From contig JBPQGU010000016.1 in NCBI GenBank assembly GCA_051362555.1, forward strand, positions 2,356,001-2,420,000: a DNA stretch of 64,000 nucleotides, written 5' to 3'. Both the position numbers and the translations under genes were made by a program. This document shows positions 26,100 through 37,197 of this stretch, piece after piece (position 1 is the stretch's first letter; the number at the start of each line of letters is the position of its first letter). A model generated the notes under the pieces. That model made no database searches. It was not told where the DNA came from and was given only the letters and a program-made list of their open reading frames with translations. The stretch is from Lingula anatina. Lineage: Eukaryota > Animalia > Brachiopoda.

Positions 26100-26546
26100 C
26101 TATGTGAAGTCAATAAAGGTGATTAAGACAGGTACCCTGACAATAAAGGCATTGTCCAATTGAAATGAATGTTAATTACTATCATCTCTTTCAATAATGG
26201 AAACTAGTACAACTGATTTATATTACTGTGTGTGCTAAGATACAAACAATGCGTTGTACCTTTCCTGGGAGGTGACCTTCAGTCCGACTAGTTTGTGTTA
26301 CAAGACCACTTTAACAATACTAGATATCAGTGACTTGAGGACAGATATGTCAGATACTTAAACTATGATGTTTGTCTGTATCCACAGTAACTGAATACTT
26401 GAAGTATTATTCACCACAAACCAGTATAACACCAATGAAAGACTTATAAAAGACATGGGGAGGGGGGGGGGGGGGTGCAGACAACTAACCTTACACCATG
26501 GGGCATTACTTTCAATCTTTCAATACCTTACACATTACATATAGTA
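25033..26546. other. Unpaired 1,514-bp spacer of the giant inverted duplication; breakpoint at 26546/26547
   Basis: caggtacaag (25023-25032) is the reverse complement of cttgtacctg (26547-26556); position 1 mirrors ~51575. Confidence 0.93.
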
Positions 26547-27143
26547 CTTGTACCTGTTTTCTTTTCACAGTCTTTGGAGGACAGGTGTTGGTGAGTTTGA
26601 AATCAAGCTTTCAGAGTTTTATTGTTTTATTTATTATTAATGCACACGTGGCTTATTCACTGACACTTGTAGCATGTGGTGTGTTTTCTTTTTATATGTT
26701 TTGGAAGGTGACAGCACAGCAGCAGCAGCAGCACTTTGGTTTTGTTTTCTTTTTCGCTTTTCGCTTTCCTTTTTTTTTTTTTCTGCATTACTGTGGGTTC
26801 CTTACTGTGAGGTGGTTGGTGTTTGTATTGCCTGTAGATTAGCATAAAAGAGCTGAACATGCAATAACTTTTTTTTGTTTGTGGGTGATAAGGTTAAAGA
26901 TATGAGGATGTATTTAAATGATAACTATTGACCATAAAGTAAACAAAGTCCAAGCAGTGATTAATCTGTTACTTTTAATAACCTCCAATGCAGAAGATAC
27001 ATGATAAGTAAGAATGAGTAATTTTTAAAAGTAATGAGAAAGTATGTCAGCTCTTGTAAAGTGTGATATATGTTCATGATTTTCTTTTATTTCAGGTTTC
27101 CCCCCTCTATTATTTTGTACTTATTGCTCTTCACTTGTTCCAG

Positions 27144-28159
27144 TGCCCGTGGATGACACTGATCTGATCCCTCTGTCATGGAAGGCCAGCCTGCCACCAC
27201 ATGAAGCACAGTGGGTTTCCCGTGCCTTGTTTACCACCCGCCGGGGCCAACTGAAGCAAGAGCTGCAGCTGTGGTGGCACCCACCATCACCCAGACTGGT
27301 CCACGCCCAGCCCCCTAGAACAGCAGGGCCTTTCTTCACCCCACCCCTTCTTCCTCTGGATGCCACGCCGCATGTTCAGGGCTCAGCTGTCTTGCTCTGT
27401 GCCCATCATGCAAGGGTCGCCAGTTAACATCCTGCGGTTTCTTCAAGACTGTCCGCCCGCGTCCTTGACATCGATGGCTACTTTTACATGGGCACTGAGT
27501 ACCTGGAGTGCGGCGCCTGTCACAAGAAGTATGCGGGTTGGAGTGGGGAAATCCTCCAACAGCTGGACGTGGCGACAAGGGGGAAATTTCCAGCACTGCT
27601 CACATACAGGTAATTTCAAAACTTTTCTTTTTTTTTCTTTTTTTAATTTATGGAATTCTTGCATTTAATATCAGTTCATTTGAAAATCTATTTCAGCGGA
27701 CAAAATAACTCTGTCTTTACATTTATAACTTATTCTGTTCTTGATTCTTTGTTGCAGGTACTCTTGCTCTACCCGGGTAGTTTCTCTCCTGAGAGAGCGA
27801 TCTCTTGGGAACAGCACTACTCGGCTGAGTAAGCAACTGTGTGAGCAGCACACCAGGGATTGGCTAAGCAGGGTAGCCAATTTCCTCTCAGTTGTAGACA
27901 AGTTTGCCAGCTCATCCCTTGTGCAGAGAACAAGTCCTCTTCAGCCGTTACCCTTTGAAAGACTCCCGGGGCCAGCATGGCTACAAACTGTGCTGGTCCG
28001 TGACGTGTTGTTGAGGCTTGATGAGATCAAAGCCAAGGTGACCTCCACCTTTGGATCCGTCTTGAAGATGGACTCCACCAAAAAGGTATGTACAGTTTTT
28101 GTTCTGATTTGCTCTCTTAAACTTTGTACAGTGAACAGTTTTGAAAACAAAACAACAAA

Positions 28160-28191
<32 letters not shown>

Positions 28192-31100
28192 AAATTTCTT
28201 TAAGAAAATGTATTAAGTGTCATATTTCCCCCCTCCGTTTTTCAGGTAGCCAAAAAGCTGGCAGGAGAGGCTGCAGGCTCAGCTGCCTGGTGCAGCCAAC
28301 GTGGGCAATGAACACGGCCAGGTACTGACCTCAGTACTCACTGCTCAGGAGGGAGCTGGCCTGACCAAGATGGCCCAGGGCCTCGTGAGGCGGTACCAGC
28401 TCAGTGAACAGCCTCCACCCAAGGTGATGTATGTTGACAGGGACTGCTGCTCCACCTCCGGTCCCTGCAATGTCAAGAAGCTGTTTGCTGGCTGGCCCCA
28501 TCTGGTGGTGCGACTGGACGTGTGGCACTTCATGCGCAGGTTCGCCTCCTGTGTCACCACGGAAAGCCACCCACTATACGCCGTCTTCATGAAGAAGTTG
28601 TCTGCCTGCATTTTTGAGTGGGACGCAGATGATCTGGCAGCACTTCGAGATGCCAAGCTGGGCCAACTACAACTACAGGGCGCTGGCGTCAGCCCAGACA
28701 ACATCATGCAGCACATCTCGCGCAAGGAGTTAGAGAAACACTGCCGTCGCCGCACCCGCGGTGTAGCTGAAACCACTCGTCTCTTGCAGTCGCTGGTCGA
28801 CACGCTGGACAGTGATCAGGGGTGCGACGCGCTAGGAGTACCTCTCCTTGATCACGAGAGAGTGCAAGACATGTGGGCCTCTCAACAGCGCCACATACCA
28901 TGCCTCCAGGACGTCGAAGGGGTCTCTCTGTACACCCAGACTGGAACTCTGAGGAAGGGCGGGAAGGAGCTGAAGGTCTACAGGTGTGCGAGGGGCTCAG
29001 TTTCCCTGGAGAGCTTCCATTCTCATATTGTTAGATTCATTCCCGGTAAGCACAACCACACACACCGACAGACTGCTTGGTTACCTGAAAGTAGATTTAA
29101 AATCACTTTAGACTGACTTAATTTTGATGCATTGGTACTTGTTAAATTAAACTTAACATTTTTGTTGAAAATTTGTGGTTATTGAACACTTGCAGCTAAT
29201 TTTCTCCCTTTTTTCTTGTTTTTAACAGGACAAAGTGCCTCTGCCACAAATTTCCAAGCCTACATCCTGGAAGGAATTGTTCGGTGGAACCAGGATCGTG
29301 CGCTGGCCGCAATTGACAATGGGGACACCGAACTTCGCTGCTATGATGGACAGCTCGTCCAGGCAGTGAACCATCTGGGAGAACGGGTGCTTGGCAATAC
29401 CATCGTGCCAAATGCTGTGGTCCCCAGGAAATACACTGGTAATTAAAGTGATTTAGGTTTCGTGTAATTTATAGGAATATAATTAGTTTAGATGTAATTG
29501 CAGCCAAGAAATTATTTTTGGAAAAAATAAATAAATAAATAAATAAATAAATACATGAAAAAAAAAATGAGGCCTGCTACTAATAATTCTCTCATTTCTC
29601 TCTTTACTTCCAGGTGAGCTTCTAGGGTGCGAGTACCTGCTCGATCAGACGGGAAAGGCCCTAGAACCTGTAAAACTGGACCCAGATGCACCCGAGGAGG
29701 AGGTTGTCGAGACAGTGGAGGAAGATGCTGATGATGAGGGGTTCTCTGAAGACTGTGATCCCACAATTGCAGATGCTGACGAGGACCCTGTATTCCACAT
29801 CCCTCCCAGACCACACACCTCCTCCGTGACAGAGGCAACCAATACCTCTCCACCCAGAGAAGGTAAATTTTTAGATTATTACTATTGTAATTATTATTAT
29901 TATTTCTTTATTATTATTATTATTTTTCTTTATATGTTAATTCCAGATATGTAGCTATGCAAGTCAGTTGCCCTGTTCTGTTCACACAAGGTTATTTTAT
30001 TTATTTTTTTTTTTTTTCAGGTGATATTTCTTTTTTCCCCTCCCCCCTCATTATATCGGCATATTTTTTTTTTACTTTCCAGAAGAGGTGCCCCTTGAAG
30101 AACCAACACCCAAGGTAGATGAGACTTCAGAGTCAGTGGACAGACATCATATCCCCGGTTATGATGCCGTAACGAAGCTGGCTTCTGTACTCGTCTCCCT
30201 ACGTACCATCGAGAGGGAGTGCCTCCTAACCGAAGATGTGGAGAAGATAATCCACCACTGGGAGGCGTTGCCAGAAATGGACAAACAACGCCTCCGTTAC
30301 ACTCCACACTTCAAGAGGAGGCACACAAAGGGGCGATTTGCCTCTTCCAAGAACACCATCACTCCTGGGGTGGAGAGTGTCAAGAAGTAAGTTTTTTTTT
30401 TTTTTTTTTCAGCTAAGATTGTATTAACACTTATTTTTCAGAAGATATTGGCATGAAATAGACCAAATAATAATAATAATAATAATAATAATACAAGAAA
30501 AAATTAAGTTTTTCCTTTGTACTTTCAGGTGCATGCTGGGGACTGGCACCCCTGCGCGTGAGCCTTCCGAATCCAGGGTAGTGGAGGCCGTCATAATGCA
30601 ACTAATGGAGGCCCATGATGCTCCGTGGAAGGGAGGCAAAAGACAACACCCGTGGGGAGTCATCATGCGGGACTATGAGAGGATCACCAGGCTCCTTTTC
30701 AACAACGCCCGTGTGATGGAAAAAACAACCCTCCAGCTCTTCTCCATAAACATGAGGACACTACATACATGGTAATTTCTCAACTGACTCGACTGTCACA
30801 GCAACATTGTAAAATGTTAATTCCTCACTTAAATTAGATTCCTGAAAAGTCACCAATTAAACTGATACAATGATATTGCTAGTGCTTTTTTTTTTTTTTT
30901 TTTCCAATTTCATTTCAGTTTTTATTTTTTATTTTCTTTCAGATTTAAGAATATTTAAAGATTATTTCCTGATTATTCTTTTTTTTTCTTTTCTTCCATA
31001 GGCACAACAGGACTACAGATGAGCAGTACAGGGCCTCCCTTCTACAGGGGATGTCCCTGCCCGCTCCTCCTGCAACAGCAACAACACCGCTGCCTGCTGC

Positions 31101-31617
31101 CAGGCAGCTGCTACCGCGGCTGCCAGTGCCCTCTGGAACACCGCACCAGTACCACCTGCCTAAAGACACCACAGGCACTGCGGTGCTGAGAAGAGATGGG
31201 AAGAAGAAGAAGAAGAAGAAGATGAAGCCAGCCCGCGCAACAGAGACACAGTCCAAACAAGTGGTCGTGGTCCCACAACCTGTTGGATTTTTTCCACCTG
31301 GCATTCTGCCGCACCAGTTGGCACCAGCACCCGCCCAGTGGACCACCTTCGCACCCACGGTGATGACCCCAATACCAGGTTTTCCACCCTGGTCCCAACC
31401 ACTTCCACAGTCAACTACACCAGCTCCGGTTGTGGCTAAGAGGGACCAGAAAAACAAACAACTGTTAAGAAATGTGGAAAACCACGCAACATCCAGGCGG
31501 GTCATAGCGGCTACGTGGCCATACATACTGCCCTGACAACGCAGAGGGCCTGACGTACTTAGCCTGGAAGAACGAATGAAGGCCCTCTTAGACCAACAAC
31601 AACAACAACAACAGTGA
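27144..31617 (+). pseudogene. 5'-truncated transposase (exons 6-13), copy 4
   Basis: Exons 1-5 absent; indels at ~27340-27460, ~28294 and ~31440-31600. Confidence 0.8.
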
Positions 31618-31804
31618 GGGCAGTATAAATAAGGACTGTGTCTTCCCAAAATGACATTATTCTCGACAGCTGGAGTGTCATTTTTTATTTAATTATACAA
31701 AGACAGCTGGACTGTCATCATATATTTATACACAGACAGCTGGACTGTCATTAATGCAACAAACAATGCAAGGGAAGTGTGCAATAGCTTGGTTAGCTGG
31801 CAAT

Positions 31805-32250
31805 TCACTTATTCAAGGATAGCTGGACTATCTCTTATTTATTCAATGCAACTGCAATGCAAAAACAACTGTGCAATAATTTGTTCCAAGATAGCTGGAC
31901 TATCACCTACTTATTCAATGCAACTGCGATGCAAAAACAACTGTGCAATAATTTGTTCCAAGATAGCTGGACTATCACCTACTTATTCAATGCAACTGCG
32001 ATGCAATAACAACTGTGCAATAATTTGTTCCAAGATAGCTGGACTATCACCTACTTATTCAATGCAACTGCGATGCAAAAACAACTCTGCAATAATTTGT
32101 TCCAAGATAGCTGGACTATCACCTACTTATTCAATGCAACTGCGATGCAAAAACAACTGTGCAATAATTTGTTCCAAGATAGCTGGACTATCACCTACTT
32201 ATTCAATGCAACTGTGATGCAAAAACAACAAGACAGCTGGACTATCATCT
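31805..32250. repeat. 72-bp minisatellite (copy 4)
   Basis: Same array, inverted. Confidence 0.93.
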
Positions 32251-33132
32251 ATTTATATATATATATATATATTAAAAAAAAAATCACTGACTTATTTCAA
32301 TCATTTATGCAACTACAACGCAGAAAAAAACTGCTATCTGCATTGAGGTTCAATAAATTTGATTCATATACAACCTGCATTCTTTGTTTCAATTTGTATA
32401 TTGATTTTAAAAAAAACAGTAAACTGAAAATAAAACGGAATTTGTACATTTAATTTAATTTTGATGAACAGTACAAGTAAATTGAAAGTAGAATGCAGAG
32501 CACGTTTCTGTATTCCCCCCCCTCCCCTTCTTTCCCCACCACGATCTCAACTGTAGCAATCTGTCACAACCAAGGTTATTTACGTTTTTTTAGCATGCAA
32601 ACGCATTAGGCGACGCTATTCAGCCAAGATCTGGGTCTTAACTCCTACTTAACTCCTAGAGGGCGCAAGTTTGGCCCGTTTTTGGCGATTTGCATTTGCA
32701 TACACATGCACTTTCGTTATGCACTTTCGTTATAACGCCGGGCACTTTCGTTCTGTATTTTGATGCTGTGTTTTGTTTGCGTTTGTCAATTTGCTACTTT
32801 GTAGCACATTTCTCAACTGCAGGAGCAGGAGAAGGGCCTTTTTTGACGATGTTAACGGTCATTTGGCCGTCGGCTACTGTGACACGGTCATGTGACCACA
32901 ACAAACCGCAATGTTTACAGGAACTAGGCGTGGGGTCCTTTCTTTAGGGGGGAACCATTCACCCGGCCACGGCAAACATTCCAGGTGCGCACTAACGTTT
33001 TTAATCGTTTTTGGGGCTTGAAACGCATCTGGTGCCAAGTTGCGCGCCGAAATTGCCCCATCCGCCCCGGGATTTTTGGCGTAATTTTCGCATTTTTTGC
33101 CTTTTTCTTTTTTTCTTTTTTGCGCTGGGCCG

Positions 33133-33187
33133 ACAGAGAAGATTGAGTGGGTTCCTTTGCGCAGGGGACATGCGTAGCTTCTCTGTA
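33133..33187 (-). other. Unit junction (U6 mimic / GCGCAA / inverted repeat), inverted
   Basis: Reverse complement of 382-436. Confidence 0.92.
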
Positions 33188-33199
33188 GAGTGACCCCGA

Positions 33200-33395
33200 A
33201 TCACATGACGACTCATGCATACGTCATCGCTGATTTTCCTCAAATCAGCGATTCCAACCAATCACAAACCCAAAATCAGCGATCTGGTCGAAAATCAGCG
33301 ATGACGTAGGCGAAATCAGCGAATTACGGCCGCAGAAAAGAGGTCACGTGGTACAGGAGTCGTCAAGCACAAGCTATTCAACATGGCGACAAGAG
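33200..33395 (+). promoter_or_regulatory. CpG-rich putative transposase promoter / subterminal repeat region (same in each full copy, e.g. 174-370 on minus)
   Basis: Five AATCAGCGA copies, a 19-bp perfect inverted repeat (33220-33238/33290-33308), CCAATCA at ~33258, TGACGTA, E-box GTCACGTGG at ~33343, and YY1-like AACATGGCG over the ATG. No TATA box seen. Confidence 0.6.
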
Positions 33396-36300
33396 GTAAG
33401 TTTTCTCTCGACTCAGCGATTCACCTGCCCGTTGCTCGCTTTAAACGGACTAGATAATTTAAACACCGACACCGATGAAAAGCTCAAGTAGTACCGAGCA
33501 CGCCGACGTATCAGTCGGCGCAACCAGTTGCACCTTTCCGCTTTTATCGCAATAATTACCTTTTCGCGGGAAAAATCCACGTGGGTGGGTGCTCGACATG
33601 ACATGTCTGGATTTCTTTGCAGATGAACCGAAAACGCCACTCCCCTCGACCAGATCAAGCGACCCAGTGTTCAGGAGGAGGTCGGATGGAGCACTGACGC
33701 TCGGTGAGAGTAACGCCGCGAGGAGGGCTGCTGCTTCTGCAGCCACTGCCTCCCTCACCGCCGCTGCCAAACCACCGGAGAAGGTTGCGGAGGAGGCCAG
33801 GTCTGCAGTCATCCAGCTCGGCCTGGATGTCACCGACAAGAAACACCTTCTGGGGCATCACAGGCTGCAGTTTGGAAAATACCGGGGGCAGACCTTCCGG
33901 TGGCTGGTCGAGAACTCCCTGGGGTATGCCGCCTACTTGGCAGAGAGTCTGAGCAGGGAGACTCCACACCCCGGCCCGCTGGGTGTGAACAAATACAAGC
34001 TCAAGGTAAAATCTTTCCTTTTAAATCTTTTTTGATTGCCTTACTATATGTAATGTGTAAGGTATTGAAAGATTGAAAGTAATGCCCCATGGTGTAAGGT
34101 TAGTTGTCTGCACCCCCCCCCCCCCCTCCCCATGTCTTTTATAAGTCTTTCATTGGTGTTATACTGGTTTGTGGTGAATAATACTTCAAGTATTCAGTTA
34201 CTGTGGATACAGACAAACATCATAGTTTAAGTATCTGACATATCTGTCCTCAAGTCACTGATATCTAGTATTGTTAAAGTGGTCTTGTAACACAAACTAG
34301 TCGGACTGAAGGTCACCTCCCAGGAAAGGTACAACGCATTGTTTGTATCTTAGCACACACAGTAATATAAATCAGTTGTACTAGTTTCCATTATTGAAAG
34401 AGATGATAGTAATTAACATTCATTTCAATTGGACAATGCCTTTATTGTCAGGGTACCTGTCTTAATCACCTTTATTGACTTCACATAGGAGTACCTTGAG
34501 CTGTTCCCCCAGGGTCGGGAGGCTATTGCTGCCAAGACCAAGGAGAGGCAGGCAAAACCCACACCACCTGCCAAGCCTGTCCCAGTATCCTCCAGCTCAC
34601 TTCAGAGCCTCATGGTCGGCAGTCATCTGTCACCAGCAGGGCTCAAAGCTGGAGTGAAGAGACAGCTTGGTCCCCCAGGGCCAACACCCAATCTTAAGAA
34701 ATCAAGAAGAGGTAAATGACACATGTATTATTACACACATTTTTTTTTTTTTTTTTTCAAATTTAATAGTTGATGTGTGCTTCTGTATCAGTGTATTTAT
34801 TCCGTTATTCATTTTTTTTTTTTTCCAGCAACGGCGACCCTGCCCAAGTCTGAGGATGTGGAAGTGGTGGACGCCCCCCTTCCTGCCCCAGACAGCACCA
34901 ACACCGCCGTTGCCAAGAAACCTAAACCCACCACCAGAGGTAAATGTAATTCATGGTAATTTCATTGACGTAAGGACCCTTGTTTTAAGAGTAGCTTTCT
35001 AACATCTTTTTACAGTTGTTGCCACTTTTACTTCAGTATATTCTAATTTTGTTCATTTAAAGCGACAGCCGTAGACCCTGAGGAAGTGAGCGACTTGGAA
35101 CGCCCAGAGCTACCTGTCCCTGCCTCAGCTGGTGCTGGCACCAGTACAGCTGCCGCTCCTGACACCATACCCCAACAGGAGACCAAAAGGCAGAGCTCCC
35201 TGCCAGATTCAGGTAAAGACTTTTTGTTTCTTTTCCATGAACAATTTGAGGTCACAGCTGGGATTCAATTTGGAAATTAACCAGTCAATTCAATTTGGAA
35301 ATTAACCAGTCAATTTTCAGTGAGCAAAAAGTTAACTCCTAGCTGCTGACCTTACATTAAGTGTTTTGTCTGTGACATATCACATACCGCCCCAGCCCTC
35401 CTGCCAAGGTGATGATGACAAGAAGAATTCCTTCATGAAAATCTGCACAGCTTAGATTGTGAATTTTAAGATTTTTTATAAAATTAATCGCGCAAAGTGT
35501 AATGAAAGAAAATAGTGTAAAACAGAATGTAAAACATTAAGAGTGTTCTATTGTTCTTGTACCTGTTTTCTTTTCACAGTCTTTGGAGGACAGGTGTTGG
35601 TGAGTTTGAAATCAAGCTTTCAGAGTTTTATTGTTTTATTTATTATTAATGCACACGTGGCTTATTCACTGACACTTGTAGCATGTGGTGTGTTTTCTTT
35701 TTATATGTTTTGGAAGGTGACAGCACAGCAGCAGCAGCAGCACTTTGGTTTTGTTTTCTTTTTCGCTTTTTCGCTTTCCTTTTTTTTTTTTTCTGCATTA
35801 CTGTGGGTTCCTTACTGTGAGGTGGTTGGTGTTTGTATTGCCTGTAGATTAGCATAAAAGAGCTGAACATGCAATAACTTTTTTTTGTTTGTGGGTGATA
35901 AGGTTAAAGATATGAGGATGTATTTAAATGATAACTATTGACCATAAAGTAAACAAAGTCCAAGCAGTGATTAATCTGTTACTTTTAATAACCTCCAATG
36001 CAGAAGATACATGATAAGTAAGAATGAGTAATTTTTAAAAGTAATGAGAAAGTATGTCAGCTCTTGTAAAGTGTGATATATGTTCATGATTTTCTTTTAT
36101 TTCAGGTTTCCCCCTCTATTATTTTGTACTTATTGCTCTTCACTTGTTCCAGTGCCCGTGGATGACACTGATCTGATCCCTCTGTCATGGAAGGCCAGCC
36201 TGCCACCACATGAAGCACAGTGGGTTTCCCGTGCCTTGTTTACCACCCGCCGGGGCCAACTGAAGCAAGAGCTGCAGCTGTGGTGGCACCCACCATCACC

Positions 36301-37165
36301 CAGACTGGTCCACGCCCAGCCCCCTAGAACAGCAGGGCCTTTCTTCACCCACCCCTTCTTCCTCTGGATGCCACGCCGCATGTTCAGGGCTCAGCTGTCT
36401 TGCTCTGTGCCATCATGCAAGGGTCGCCAGTTAACATCCTGCGGTTTCTTCAAGACTGTCCGCCGCGTCCTTGACATCGATGGCTACTTTTACATGGGCA
36501 CTGAGTACCTGGAGTGCGGCGCCTGTCACAAGAAGTATGCGGGTTGGAGTGGGGAAATCCTCCAACAGCTGGACGTGGCGACAAGGGGGAAATTTCCAGC
36601 ACTGCTCACATACAGGTAATTTCAAAACTTTTCTTTTTTTTTCTTTTTTTAATTTATGGAATTCTTGCATTTAATATCAGTTCATTTGAAAATCTATTTC
36701 AGCGGACAAAATAACTCTGTCTTTACATTTATAACTTATTCTGTTCTTGATTCTTTGTTGCAGGTACTCTTGCTCTACCCGGGTAGTTTCTCTCCTGAGA
36801 GAGCGATCTCTTGGGAACAGCACTACTCGGCTGAGTAAGCAACTGTGTGAGCAGCACACCAGGGATTGGCTAAGCAGGGTAGCCAATTTCCTCTCAGTTG
36901 TAGACAAGTTTGCCAGCTCATCCCTTGTGCAGAGAACAAGTCCTCTTCAGCCGTTACCCTTTGAAAGACTCCCGGGGCCAGCATGGCTACAAACTGTGCT
37001 GGTCCGTGACGTGTTGTTGAGGCTTGATGAGATCAAAGCCAAGGTGACCTCCACCTTTGGATCCGTCTTGAAGATGGACTCCACCAAAAAGGTATGTACA
37101 GTTTTTGTTCTGATTTGCTCTCTTAAACTTTGTACAGTGAACAGTTTTGAAAACAAAACAACAAA

Positions 37166-37197
<32 letters not shown>

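Larger units (their letters stand above)
1..26546 (-). repeat. Left arm of tandem array of ~9.0-kb Dada-U6-like transposon units (transposase on minus strand)
   Basis: The ORF set and sequence recur; junction hexamers GCGCAA lie at 407, 9414 and 18419 (periods 9007 and 9005 bp). Confidence 0.98.
18425..26546 (-). mobile_element. Dada-U6-like transposon copy 3, truncated in intron 2 by the inversion
   Basis: Matches the unit up to ...cattacatatagta (equivalent to 8534 of copy 1); lacks exons 1-2, the promoter and the U6-mimic end. Confidence 0.9.
26547..33156 (+). mobile_element. Dada-U6-like transposon copy 4, truncated in intron 5 by the inversion
   Basis: Starts at cttgtacctgtttt (reverse complement of copy-1 position 7020 leftwards); lacks exons 1-5; ends just before TTGCGC at 33157-33162. 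Confidence 0.9.
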
